Assembly: GCA_963842085.1 (NCBI GenBank)
Contig: CAWJET010000001.1
Coordinates: forward strand, 1,152,001-1,216,000
From: an uncultured delta proteobacterium
GTDB lineage: Bacteria; Desulfobacterota; Binatia; Binatales; Binataceae
Direction of reading: 5' to 3'
DNA length: 64,000 bases
Part shown: in pieces, positions 1 through 12,550 of the stretch
How the letters are laid out: each line of letters opens with the position of its first letter
How positions within the stretch are numbered: the stretch's first letter is position 1
Notes under the pieces: generated by a model
What the model saw: only the letters and a program-made list of their open reading frames with translations
Database searches by the model: none
Told to the model about the DNA's origin: nothing
Made by a program: the position numbers and the translations under genes

Positions 1-58
1 ATAGTATCATCTGTACCGGTTGCTCGAAAACGGCTCGCGAGCAGCAAGTCATAACTAA

Positions 59-857
59 CTAAAACTGTCCCTGTCCCCTTTTGGGGACTCCCCGCAGATT
101 CATTTCCGCTCTAAGCGCGACTTCAGTGAGCGCGCCCCAAGTGTGGGGAATATTTGCCAGCAGGCCGAATGTGATCCTGAAGTGCTGGAACAACGCTTCT
201 ACTTCCGGATCGACCGTCATATAGAACTTACCGATTTCGTAGGCGGCGATGTCTGCAACTTGTAGTGGAGTTACCGGCTGTTCGTGGGTCTCGGCGTCGT
301 CAACCTTATCTTCTGAAGATCGGGTGTTTCCCATACCATTCCTTACAGCGTTGCCAGAATTGTCCGGCATCTTCGTCGCCTTCTTCGAAGACATATTCCA
401 TCGGCAAATAGTCGAGATGACGATTGGCTCGCCATTTGTGCGCGAGGTCTATGCAGGTCAGAGAACAAACGGTAAAAGGCTGTGAGTATTCGTGAAGCTG
501 GTAAATTCGATCCGCAGCTTCATATGTCTCCTGCGACACGCTCGCGCCGATCCAGCATGCGACATGATTCACGATGATCTGCGCAAGCCGCAAAAAGAAT
601 TGTTGCCGACGCTTTTCGTTTCGCTTCCAGCCTTTCGCAAATTGGCCGACGCTGTGCGCAAACTCACTCATACGAAAGTAGGCTAGGTCGTTATCTTCAA
701 GCGCTTGCCGCCATTCAGCATCAAAATCCCTCCAGTCTTGAACAGTAGCAACCGCGCCAGCGACTACGGTGTACCTTTCAGCAAGCGTTCGGCTTGCATC
801 GCAGTAAAGAGTCGGCGGATCTGGGGTAATAATCAGCATCAGGTCATCAGAACCCAA
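59..857 (-). pseudogene. DUF3800-like protein, split by a +1 frameshift near 307
   Basis: The N-terminal ORF (306-857) has a YCDAS acidic motif and ends PIFRR*. The C-terminal PLQVADIAAYE motif typical of DUF3800 is in the next frame (ORF 59-394). The span of 799 nt is 3n+1. Confidence 0.65.
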
Positions 858-873
858 AAAAGCGGCGCTGCCG

Positions 874-2262
874 TCAAGCGTTAGCAGGCAAATCGATCAC
901 GCTCGCACCCGGTCCAGCATGCAAGATGGCTCGCCAACCTTCAGGCGGAGCGCCGGGAGTAACTTTCGCGTAGTATCCGCGATCGATCGATTCGATGACC
1001 GCGGCGGCGCTCGCCAGGTCGCTCAGCGCCACAACCGAGCCGCCGAAACCCGCGCCCGTCAGCCGCGCGCCGAGCGCGCCGCCGCGCCGGGCACATTCCA
1101 CGATCGCGTCGAGCCATTTCGTGCTGCATTCGAAGTCATCGGCGAGACTCTGATGCGACGCATTCATCAGAGTTCCCATTTCCTCGAGACGCCCCGCTTC
1201 GAGTACGTCCGCCGCACGAATCACCCGCTCGGTCTCGCTCAGGACATGGCGCGCGCGTTTCAGAACTTCCAGCGGACGCTTTGAATCCAACACGATTCGC
1301 GTCGAACCCTTCCCAAGCAACTCCGCCTCGAGCGCCGACTGCGAGACGCCCAGGATGCTCGCCGCCGCTTTCAGGTCTGTGCCGAGCCGCGCCGGCGACG
1401 TCGCCGCAAGTTTCTCGACCAGGTCCGCCGCGCGCCATCCGGGGATGGCGCGGACCACGTCGCCGAGGATCGTCATGCCGTCGAGCTTGAGTGCGCCCCC
1501 GAGAATCCGGGCCGCCAACGCGCATTCGACGACGCGCCGATTGTATTCCGCGCGCACCATTCCCGACTTGTCCGCGATTTCGCGGCTGTCTGCCACGACG
1601 AGCGCTGCGTTCGCCGGCATTCTTACCGCGCGGACGCGCAGCGGGTCGAACTCGATAAACAGCGCGTGGTCGCGACGGCCGAGAATCGACGCCGCCTGAT
1701 CCATCCCGCCGGCGCGCGTGCCGACGTACCACTCGCTGCGTGCAACCATCGTCGCCGCTTCGAGCGGGTCGAGTTCGAGCTGGTTGACCGCCATGAATGC
1801 CATCGCGGTCGAAACCGTCAGCGCGGCCGATGACGACAGCCCAGCGGCCGGCGGCACGCGCCCATCGACAACCATCGAAGCGCCGCGCCAGTTGCCGCGC
1901 GCGGAGAAGCGATCGAGCACTCCCTGAATTGCGGCCTTCACGTAGTTCGCCCAATCGCCAGTTTCGTACGGCGGGATCTGGCGTTCGATCGCGAACCGGC
2001 GCGACGGCCATTCGGGGTCGGCGTTCACCAGTTCAATTTCGCCTGTCGTGTCGGCGGCGGCGACGACGATTGTCGATCGATCGATCGCGACCGGCAGCAC
2101 GGGCAGTCCGCTGTAGTCCGTGTGCTCGCCGATTAGATTGACGCGTCCCGGCGCGCGAGCCGCGAAGATTCGCGCACCCGCGCTTGCGCTCGCGCGAACT
2201 TGAGCGGCGAGGCGGGCAGCACGCGCCAACTCTTCGCGGTCCCATCCGTCAGGCAGGTTCAT
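874..2262 (-). CDS. galK: galactokinase / N-acetylgalactosamine kinase (GHMP family)
   Basis: GRVNLIGEHTDY signature, PPAAGLSSSAA, GGMDQ and GARLTGAGFGG motifs. Start moved to the ATG at 2262, which overlaps the upstream stop (ATGA). Confidence 0.88.
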   Translation of the reverse strand: MNLPDGWDREELARAARLAAQVRASASAGARIFAARAPGRVNLIGEHTDYSGLPVLPVAIDRSTIVVAAADTTGEIELVNADPEWPSRRFAIERQIPPYETGDWANYVKAAIQGVLDRFSARGNWRGASMVVDGRVPPAAGLSSSAALTVSTAMAFMAVNQLELDPLEAATMVARSEWYVGTRAGGMDQAASILGRRDHALFIEFDPLRVRAVRMPANAALVVADSREIADKSGMVRAEYNRRVVECALAARILGGALKLDGMTILGDVVRAIPGWRAADLVEKLAATSPARLGTDLKAAASILGVSQSALEAELLGKGSTRIVLDSKRPLEVLKRARHVLSETERVIRAADVLEAGRLEEMGTLMNASHQSLADDFECSTKWLDAIVECARRGGALGARLTGAGFGGSVVALSDLASAAAVIESIDRGYYAKVTPGAPPEGWRAILHAGPGASVIDLPANA

Positions 2263-3017
2263 CGCCGCTTCCTTTTCGGCCTGAACCAGGCGCGCGCCGC
2301 CTCGAGGTCTTCCGGCGTGCCGATGTCGCTCCAGAATCCACGCATGTCGATCGCGCGCACGACGCGGCCGTCGGCGATCATCTGCGCGATTGCGGCCGGC
2401 AACTCGAGCTCGCCGCGCACCGACGGCGCAAGCCGCGCGAGGTACTCGAAAATCACCTGGCCGGTCGCGAAAAGTCCCGCGTTGTTCCACTCGGTCTTCG
2501 CGGTTCCCGGCGCCGGCTTTTCATCGAGCCGCTCGACCATCATGTGCGCGTTCAGGTAGACAGCCGCGCCGCGAAACGGATCCTTGACGCGGTTCACCGC
2601 CAGCATCAAATCGTACTCGTCGTGACGCGCGTGATGGATGAAGCGCGGGTAGTTCGCGCGGTCCATCAGAATGTCGCCCCAGCCGAAGACGAAGCGGTGT
2701 TGGCGGGCAAGCTGCGCCTTAGCCGCGAGCATCGCGCCGCCGGTCCCGTTCAATAGCGGCTGCCTGACCGTTGTGATTTTGATTCCCGGATTTTCTCGCT
2801 CATAGGTTTTCGCCCATCCTTCGATTTGCCCGGACAGGTAGCCCGTCACGACGACGAACTGGGCCAGTCCCGCGCCTGCGAGCGCGTCAACGATGTGCGA
2901 AATCAGCGGCGCACCCGCGATGTCGAGGATTGGCTTCGGCGTATCCGCCGTCAGCGCGCCCAGGCGTTTGCCGCGCCCCGCCACCAGCAGGACCGCAGTG
3001 GTAATTTCTGCCGCCAC
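2259..3017 (-). CDS. sugar-phosphate nucleotidyltransferase (NTP_transferase family)
   Basis: LVAGRGKRLG...PKP, GTGGA, WGD, RGELEL and WSDIGTPEDL motifs. GTG start at 3017 is inferred. Confidence 0.85.
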   Translation of the reverse strand: MAAEITTAVLLVAGRGKRLGALTADTPKPILDIAGAPLISHIVDALAGAGLAQFVVVTGYLSGQIEGWAKTYERENPGIKITTVRQPLLNGTGGAMLAAKAQLARQHRFVFGWGDILMDRANYPRFIHHARHDEYDLMLAVNRVKDPFRGAAVYLNAHMMVERLDEKPAPGTAKTEWNNAGLFATGQVIFEYLARLAPSVRGELELPAAIAQMIADGRVVRAIDMRGFWSDIGTPEDLEAARAWFRPKRKRR

Positions 3018-3102
3018 GTCGCCCAAGATAGCACCCCGCGGGCGTTCAAGTGTGCTTGGCTGGCGGTATATAGTTGAGTAAGAGTTTAGCGAGAGTCGCC
3101 CG

Positions 3103-4275
3103 ATGTTTGGTGAGATAAATCCCCGCAAGAAAGCGCGCGCGCCGTTCATTTCGATCGAAGAAGCGCTGGAGGAAACCCGCCGCGGCCACATGATCATCCT
3201 GATGGATGACGAGCAGCGCGAGAACGAGGGCGACCTGTGCATGGCGGCCGAGAAAGTCACCCCTGAAGCGGTCAACTTCATGGCCAGGTTCGGGCGCGGG
3301 CTCATCTGCCTGCCGATGGCGGCGGAGCGAATCGACCGGCTCGGGCTCAGCATGATGATTGGCGACAACCAGGCGCCGCTTGGCACCGCATTCACGACGG
3401 CGATCACCGCGCGGCGAGCGTCGGGGTCGGGAATCTCGGCGCAGGATCGCTCGACTACGATTCTGCAGGCGGTGCGCGAGGACGCCAGCGGCGCCGAGTT
3501 CATCACCCCCGGCTACGTCTATCCGCTGCGCGCCCGCGACGGTGGGGTGCTGGTGCGCACCGGGCAAACCGAGGGCGCGGTCGATCTGGCGCGGCTGGCG
3601 GGACTAAAGCCGGCGGGCGTCATCTGCGAGATTCTGAAAGAAGACGGCACGATGGCGCGGCGCGACGATCTGGTCGAGTTCGCCAAAGTTCACGGGCTCA
3701 AGATTGTCACGGTCGCGGATATTATCGAGTACCGGCTGCGCAACGAGACGATGGTCCAGCGGATCGCGGAGGCCAGGCTGCCGACCGCGTTCGGCGAGTT
3801 CAGCGCGATCGTTTATCGCAACCTGGTCGATTACACGGAGCACCTGGTGCTGGTGATGGGCAAGGTCGATCCGAAAAAGCCGATCCTCGTGCGGGCGCAT
3901 CGCGAGTACCTGCCGGGCGACGTGTTCGGCTACTCGCTCCGCAACACCCGCAGCTTGCTGCGTTCCGCGATGGAACGGATCTCGGCGGCGGGCGAAGGCG
4001 TCTTGCTGTATCTCAAGCGCGAGTCCAACGCGCTGGCCGCGGATTTCGACGGCGGGCGTCCGGCGCGCCGCGCGACCACGCGGGCCAACACGCCCGAGGC
4101 CGATTTCCGCGATTACGGAATCGGCGCGCAGATTTTGCGTGACGTGGGCGTGCGCAAGATGATTATCATGTCGGACGCGACGCCGCGGCTGGCCAATCTG
4201 CCCGGCTACGGATTGGAGATCGTGGACTCGGTTCCGCTTTCGGCCAACGGCAAGCAGACCGGCGCCGCCAAGTAG
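3103..4275 (+). CDS. ribB: 3,4-dihydroxy-2-butanone-4-phosphate synthase fused to a degenerate GTP cyclohydrolase II domain (RibBX-like)
   Basis: DDEQRENEGD, GLICL and GVICEI motifs. The C-terminal RibA-like domain lacks the zinc-binding cysteines. Confidence 0.85.
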   Translation: MFGEINPRKKARAPFISIEEALEETRRGHMIILMDDEQRENEGDLCMAAEKVTPEAVNFMARFGRGLICLPMAAERIDRLGLSMMIGDNQAPLGTAFTTAITARRASGSGISAQDRSTTILQAVREDASGAEFITPGYVYPLRARDGGVLVRTGQTEGAVDLARLAGLKPAGVICEILKEDGTMARRDDLVEFAKVHGLKIVTVADIIEYRLRNETMVQRIAEARLPTAFGEFSAIVYRNLVDYTEHLVLVMGKVDPKKPILVRAHREYLPGDVFGYSLRNTRSLLRSAMERISAAGEGVLLYLKRESNALAADFDGGRPARRATTRANTPEADFRDYGIGAQILRDVGVRKMIIMSDATPRLANLPGYGLEIVDSVPLSANGKQTGAAK

Positions 4276-4332
4276 ATGCGGACTGCGATGGAACCGGGGC
4301 GCTGGCCCGTGTGGTTTAGTTTCCGGTAAACC

Positions 4333-6126
4333 ATGACGCGCAATTTCCGAATATTTGCACACGCCTCGCTGCTGGCTGGAGTTTTCTTCGCCGTAACTTT
4401 GCTTGCGGCGCCGCCCGCTCACGCCATCAAGGCGGACGAACTCGTAAAAATCACCTCCGCCACGATCGATCCTCCGCTAAAAGCGGGCGGCGCCAGCACG
4501 CTCAAGGTCGCCGCCCAGGTGATCGAGGGATGGCATATCAATTCGGACAAGCCGCTCAGCGAGGATTACATCGCGACCAGGCTCGAGGTCAGCGGCCCGG
4601 CCGGCGTGACGGCTGGCGCAGTCAAGTATCCGCCGGCTGAGACGATGAAGCTCGACGCCGCGGCGGGCGGCGACAAGATTTCGGTGTTCGGCGGCAATCT
4701 CAAGTTTGAAGTGCCGCTGAAGGCAGCGGCCGACTTCGCGCCAAAGCCGGGCGACGCGCTGACGGTCAAGATCGATTACCAGGGCTGCAATAACACCGAA
4801 TGCTTGCGGCCTGCGTCCGTGAGTAAGACGGTCGCGCTGGCGGCTCCAGGAGCGGCGGCGGGCGCAATCGAGGGTATCGGTGGTGGAAGCGCGATCGGCG
4901 GCGGCGGTAATGGCAGCGGCGATGATTCCGGCGGCGCAATCGCGCGCATCTTCGCCAATCACGGATGGATCCTCGGCTTCCTCGCGGTATTTCTCGGCGG
5001 CCTCGCGCTGAATCTGACGCCGTGCGTCTATCCGCTGATCGGCGTGACGATCGCGTACTTCGGCAACCAGGGCGGCGGGCCTCGGCGCGTGATGTACCTG
5101 GCGATCCTGTTCGTGCTCGGCATCGCGCTGATGTTCTCGTCGGTGGGAGTCGCCGTCGCCCTGTCGGGCGGATTGTTCGGCGCTGCGTTGCAGAACCCGG
5201 TCGTGCTGGTCGTGCTGTCGATGATACTGCTGACGCTCGCCGCGTCGAGCTTCGGATTGTTCGTGCTGCAGCCGCCGAACTGGATGCTGCAGCGCGCGGG
5301 CACCGCTCATCCCGGATACGCGGGCGCGTTGCTGATGGGGCTGGGGATGGGCGTGGTCGCGGCGCCATGCATCGGGCCGATCGTGCTGGGCTTGCTGCTG
5401 ATGGTGGAGCGAAGCGGCAGCGCGCTTTTCGGCTTCGCGCTGTTCTTCACGCTGGCGCTGGGACTGGGCGTGCCGTACGTCGGGCTCGCGATGGCGGCCG
5501 GACATATTCGCCACCTGCCGCGGTCGGGCGAATGGCTCAGATGGGTCGAGCATCTTTTCGGGTTCGTGCTGGTGGGCCTGGCGCTTTACTTTCTCGATCC
5601 GGTCCTACCGAACAACCTGATGACGCGAATCATCCCGTACTACGCGGCCGGCGTGGGTATTTATCTCGGCTTCATTTCGCGCGAGGGCCGAAGCTGGCGT
5701 CCGTTCCTGGTGCTCAGATCGGCGATCGGAGTGGCCGCGGTGGCGGCGCTCGCGATCATGCTCTATCCGCGGCGGGCGCCGGAGAGGCTTCGCTTCGAGC
5801 CGTTCAACCCCCAGCTGCTGGCGTCGGCAGCCGAGGAGCGCAAGCCCGTGCTGATCGATTTCAGCGCCGACTGGTGCATCCCATGCCGCGAGATGGAGCA
5901 TTCGACTTTTGTCGATCCGTCAGTGGTCAGCGAGGCCAGGCGCTTCGTCCGAATGAAGGCGAACCTGACGGCGCAAGACAAGAAAACAGAAGAGCTTACC
6001 AGCAAGTTCGATATCCAAGGCGTCCCGACCACGATGCTGATAAATTCGGCGGGCAAGGTGGCGCAGCGCAAAGTCGGCTACATCGGGCCGCAAGAAATGC
6101 TGGCGGATCTAAGGCAGGTCGATTAA
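4333..6126 (+). CDS. dsbD: thiol:disulfide interchange protein DsbD
   Basis: Signal peptide, N-domain Cys pair (GCNNTEC), transmembrane PCVYP and PCIGP, C-terminal thioredoxin WCIPC. Confidence 0.9.
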   Translation: MTRNFRIFAHASLLAGVFFAVTLLAAPPAHAIKADELVKITSATIDPPLKAGGASTLKVAAQVIEGWHINSDKPLSEDYIATRLEVSGPAGVTAGAVKYPPAETMKLDAAAGGDKISVFGGNLKFEVPLKAAADFAPKPGDALTVKIDYQGCNNTECLRPASVSKTVALAAPGAAAGAIEGIGGGSAIGGGGNGSGDDSGGAIARIFANHGWILGFLAVFLGGLALNLTPCVYPLIGVTIAYFGNQGGGPRRVMYLAILFVLGIALMFSSVGVAVALSGGLFGAALQNPVVLVVLSMILLTLAASSFGLFVLQPPNWMLQRAGTAHPGYAGALLMGLGMGVVAAPCIGPIVLGLLLMVERSGSALFGFALFFTLALGLGVPYVGLAMAAGHIRHLPRSGEWLRWVEHLFGFVLVGLALYFLDPVLPNNLMTRIIPYYAAGVGIYLGFISREGRSWRPFLVLRSAIGVAAVAALAIMLYPRRAPERLRFEPFNPQLLASAAEERKPVLIDFSADWCIPCREMEHSTFVDPSVVSEARRFVRMKANLTAQDKKTEELTSKFDIQGVPTTMLINSAGKVAQRKVGYIGPQEMLADLRQVD

Positions 6127-6221
6127 GACGCGGGCCGCTCGCCCCGCATACGATTCTTGCGACGCGCTTCGCTTCACATTACCTGCGCGCTCTCGTACAT
6201 TCGCTTGTGTGAGGTTTAGCC

Positions 6222-6911
6222 ATGGCTGCGAATGATGGATTCGTGCGCGAGATTTTTGCGATGGTCAAGGAACGGCGCTCTTTCGGACGCCATCCGATTT
6301 GGCATCGAATCGCCGACGGCAAAGTCTCGCAGACCGGACTATGCAACTTCGCCACTCAGTTCTTCCTGCAGGTGCGTGAGTTCCCGCGTGCACTGAGCGC
6401 GCTGCATTCACGATGCTTCAACGCCGAGGAGCGCGTGAAGCTCGCGGAGAGCCTGTACGAAGAGGAGACCGGCAAGATTTCCGGCAGCGCACCGCATCCC
6501 GAATTGTTCATCCGGCTGGGACTCGGCCTCGGGCTGAGCCGCGACGACATGATCCATGGCAAGGCACTCCCTTCAACGGCGGCGTTGATCGACTGGTTCG
6601 AGCTCTCGACCAAGGATCGCTCGTTCGCAGAAGGAATCGGCGCAATCAACCTCGCGGCGGAGGGCCAGGTACCGGGTAACTTCGCGCCGTTCGCGCGCGC
6701 ACTCGAAAAGCATTACGGACTTTCGCGGGAGCAAGTCGCGTTTTTCGACGTACATGAAATCGCCGATCGCGATCACAGCGAGGTCGGTGACAACATTCTA
6801 AGTCACACGCCGATGAGCGAAGTCGAGCGCGCAAAAGTATGGGCGGCGGTCGAGCGCTCGCTCGAAATGTGGTGGCAATTCTTCGACGGAATTCAGCGCG
6901 TTTGCGAGTGA
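6222..6911 (+). CDS. heme-oxygenase-like (PqqC/TenA/CADD superfamily) iron-containing redox enzyme
   Basis: EEETG...HPELF, EGQVP and HEIADRDH metal-ligand pattern; 229 aa helical protein. Confidence 0.75.
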   Translation: MAANDGFVREIFAMVKERRSFGRHPIWHRIADGKVSQTGLCNFATQFFLQVREFPRALSALHSRCFNAEERVKLAESLYEEETGKISGSAPHPELFIRLGLGLGLSRDDMIHGKALPSTAALIDWFELSTKDRSFAEGIGAINLAAEGQVPGNFAPFARALEKHYGLSREQVAFFDVHEIADRDHSEVGDNILSHTPMSEVERAKVWAAVERSLEMWWQFFDGIQRVCE

Positions 6912-7121
6912 AATTTTGGGATGATTTTCGGCCGTTTGGAGAGTCATTCTGGGCTCATCCGATTTCGCAAAATGATGTTCTGTTACGGGCGCTGTGTGGT
7001 TTTGTTGAAAGCCTATAGCGGCGTAGCGTCTATAAGGCGGAAAATGCCCGCTTAACGGTTACTTTTCTGTCCACAGGCGTCAGATTCAAATAGCGTTTGG
7101 TCAGCCCATTCTTACGATTAG

Positions 7122-9623
<2,502 letters not shown>

Positions 9624-9664
9624 CGAGCCGCGCACGAGGTTGATGCGCGAGCCTGACGCATCGC

Positions 9665-9907
9665 ATGTCATCGAGGGAGTCCTTGCACGAAGAAATCCGC
9701 CTGATGGCGACCAACTGCGCCGTGTGCGAGCGCGACGCGCGTGACGCGGAGCTGCATCTCGGCGTGTCGCTGAACCTCGAAGGGATCGCGCACCCTGAAG
9801 ATTCGTTCGCGTACGATCTGCTGCCGCATCGCCGCGAATTCCATCGCGACAAACTGCTGCAAAAGATTCGCGACTGGGCGGTGCTTGAACAGGAATGCGG
9901 CCAGTGA
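9665..9907 (+). CDS. small hypothetical protein with CxxC motif between gyrB and gyrA
   Basis: 80-aa ORF with GC-rich third codon positions like its neighbours; fills the gyrB-gyrA gap. Confidence 0.6.
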   Translation: MSSRESLHEEIRLMATNCAVCERDARDAELHLGVSLNLEGIAHPEDSFAYDLLPHRREFHRDKLLQKIRDWAVLEQECGQ

Positions 9908-9955
9908 AAATTTCGAATGCACGATTGCCCGGAACTCGCGGGAGACCTGGATTAA

Positions 9956-12499
9956 ATGGCTGAGACCAACGGCAACGAACCGCATCGCAACGAACCCGCG
10001 CTGCTGAACATTGAAGACGACATGCGCCAGTCCTACCTGGACTACGCGATGTCGGTGAATATCGGGCGCGCGCTGCCGCAGATTCGCGACGGCCTCAAGC
10101 CCGTGCATCGCCGCATCCTGTACGCGATGTTCCGCACGGGACTGCTCTCGAACCGGCGCTACACCAAGTGCGCCGCGGTCGTGGGCGAGGTGCTCGCGCG
10201 TTACCATCCGCACGGTGACATGGCGGTGTACGATTCGCTGGTCCGCATGGCGCAGCCGTTCAGCCTCCGTTATTTGCTGATCGACGGCCAGGGCAATTTC
10301 GGCTCCGTCGACGGCGATCCGCCCGCCGCCTATCGATACACCGAGTGCCGCCTGACGCGGCTGGCCGAGCGGATGCTCGCCGACATCGACAAGGACACCG
10401 TCGATTTCGTCCCGAACTTCGACGGCTCGCACATGGAGCCGGACATCCTGCCCGCGCAATTCCCCAACCTGCTCGTCAACGGCTCCGACGGCATCGCGGT
10501 CGGCATGGCGACCAACATTCCGCCGCACAATCTCGGCGAGGTTTGCGACGCGCTGCTGGCGCTGATCAACAAGCCGGACATCACGCACGAGGAAATCCTC
10601 GACATAATACCCGGCCCCGATTTTCCCACCGGCGGGCAACTGCTCGGGCGCCAGGCAATTCGCCAGGCGTACCTGACCGGGCGCGGCACGCTGACGATGC
10701 GGGCTCTGGCAGCCATCGAAACCGACAAGCGCAGTTCGCGCGCGTCGATCATCATTCGCGAAATCCCCTACCAGGTGAACAAGGCGCGCATGATCGAGCG
10801 GATGGCCGAGCTGGTCAACGACAAGCGGATCGAGGGCATCAGCGACATCCGCGACGAGTCCGACCGCGACGGCATGCGCGTCGTCATCGAGCTCAAGCGC
10901 GACGCCGAGCCGCGCATCGTCCTCAACCAGCTCTACAAGCTCACCCAGATGCAGCAGGGCTACGGCATCATCCTGCTCGGCATCCACGAGGGCCGGCCCA
11001 AGGAGATGAATCTTCTGCAGATGCTCGCCGCGTTCCTCGAGCATCGCAAGATCGTCCTCACGCGGCGCACGCGCTTCGAGTTGAAAGAGGCCGAGGCGCG
11101 CCTCCACATCCTCGACGGTCTGCTGGTCGCGCTCAAGAATCTCGACGCGGTGATCAATCTGATCCGCAAGTCGAAGGACGCCGAGGCCGCGCGCTCCGGC
11201 TTGATGAAGCAATTCGGCCTGTCGCAGTTGCAGGCGCAGGCGATTCTCGATCTTACGCTTCGCCGTCTGACTTCGCTCGAGCGCGAGAAAATCGAAAACG
11301 AGCACAAGGAGACCGTCGCTCTTATCGCGCGCTACAAGAAAATTCTCGCCGACGAGAAAGAATTGTTGAAGCTGATCGCAGGCGAGCTCGACGAAATCAA
11401 GAAGGAATTCGCCGACCCGCGCCGCACCCAGATCATCGAAGCCGAGGGCGAGTTCTCGGTCGAAGATCTGATTGTTGAAGAAGATCAACTCGTCACCGTC
11501 ACGCACGGCGGCTACATCAAGCGCACCCCGCTCTCGCTCTATCGCACGCAAAAGCGCGGCGGCCGCGGCAAGATCGGCGCAACCACCACTGAAGAGGATT
11601 TCGTCGAGCATCTCGAGCGCGTCTCGACGCACGACCGCCTGATGTTCTTCACCAGCGCGGGCAAGGTTTACGAGCTCAAGGCCTACGAACTGCCCGAGGG
11701 CGGCCGCGCAGCCAAGGGACGCTCGATCGCCAACCTGCTGAGCCTCGCCAACGACGAGACGCTGTCGGCGTTTATTCCCGTGCCGCGCGAGACCGCGGGC
11801 AAGTTCGTCTTTTTCTCGACCCGCCGCGGCCGCGTGAAGAAGACTGCGCTCGACGAGTACGAAAATATTCGCTCGACCGGAATCATCGCGCTCAATCTCG
11901 AAGACGGCGATACGCTGGTCGATGTGCGAATCACCGACGGCAATCAGCAAATCGTGCTCTCGACCCGCGAGGGGCAGGCGATCCGCTTCAAGGAAGAAGA
12001 AGCGCGCGCGATGGGCCGCGCGACCGGCGGCGTCGTCGGCATGGAACTCGAGTCGCAGCCGGTCAAGGAAGGCAAGACCGTCGTCCTGGTCGAGGACGAA
12101 GTCGTCTCGATGTCCACCATGCGCGACGACGAAACCCTCCTCACCGTTTCGGAACTCGGCTATGGCAAACGCACGCCCGCCTCCGACTACCGGCTGACGC
12201 ATCGCGGCGGCAAGGGCGTCATCACGATGAACGTGACCGAGAAGACCGGCAAGGTGATCAGCGTCCGGCAGGTCGGCATCGACGACCAGGTGATGCTGAT
12301 CACCGACGGCGGCAAGGTGATTCGATTGGCCGTCAAGGGAGTGCGAATCACCGGCCGCAACGCGCAGGGCGTTCACCTTGTGCGGCTCGAGGGCGATGAA
12401 CGCGTCCGCGCGGTCGCCGGGATGGCGGAACGCGATGAGGACGAAGGCAACGGCAATGGCTCCAACGGCAACGGCGGCGCGGACGATTTGGAAGAATAG
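9956..12499 (+). CDS. gyrA: DNA gyrase subunit A
   Basis: [15 protein letters not shown], catalytic AYRYTE, GyrA-box QKRGGRG, beta-pinwheel CTD and acidic tail. Confidence 0.98.
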   Translation: MAETNGNEPHRNEPALLNIEDDMRQSYLDYAMSVNIGRALPQIRDGLKPVHRRILYAMFRTGLLSNRRYTKCAAVVGEVLARYHPHGDMAVYDSLVRMAQPFSLRYLLIDGQGNFGSVDGDPPAAYRYTECRLTRLAERMLADIDKDTVDFVPNFDGSHMEPDILPAQFPNLLVNGSDGIAVGMATNIPPHNLGEVCDALLALINKPDITHEEILDIIPGPDFPTGGQLLGRQAIRQAYLTGRGTLTMRALAAIETDKRSSRASIIIREIPYQVNKARMIERMAELVNDKRIEGISDIRDESDRDGMRVVIELKRDAEPRIVLNQLYKLTQMQQGYGIILLGIHEGRPKEMNLLQMLAAFLEHRKIVLTRRTRFELKEAEARLHILDGLLVALKNLDAVINLIRKSKDAEAARSGLMKQFGLSQLQAQAILDLTLRRLTSLEREKIENEHKETVALIARYKKILADEKELLKLIAGELDEIKKEFADPRRTQIIEAEGEFSVEDLIVEEDQLVTVTHGGYIKRTPLSLYRTQKRGGRGKIGATTTEEDFVEHLERVSTHDRLMFFTSAGKVYELKAYELPEGGRAAKGRSIANLLSLANDETLSAFIPVPRETAGKFVFFSTRRGRVKKTALDEYENIRSTGIIALNLEDGDTLVDVRITDGNQQIVLSTREGQAIRFKEEEARAMGRATGGVVGMELESQPVKEGKTVVLVEDEVVSMSTMRDDETLLTVSELGYGKRTPASDYRLTHRGGKGVITMNVTEKTGKVISVRQVGIDDQVMLITDGGKVIRLAVKGVRITGRNAQGVHLVRLEGDERVRAVAGMAERDEDEGNGNGSNGNGGADDLEE

Positions 12500-12500
12500 C

Positions 12501-12550
12501 TAATCGACTGACTATTATTCAATAGTCAGTGGTATATAGTCACTGACTAT
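12501..12550. repeat. inverted-repeat element between convergent gyrA and GST (possible bidirectional terminator)
   Basis: ACTGACTATT-attc-AATAGTCAGT perfect 10-bp stem, followed by the ATAGTCA-c-TGACTAT palindrome. Confidence 0.6.

Noticed and set aside
2262-3506. Long N-terminal extensions in the ORF track (galK to 2490, transferase to 3506; also gltB, amt, glcE, pyrE, thiolase)
   Set aside because: The extensions overlap neighbouring genes and lack homology motifs; downstream starts with RBS or stop-start overlaps were used.
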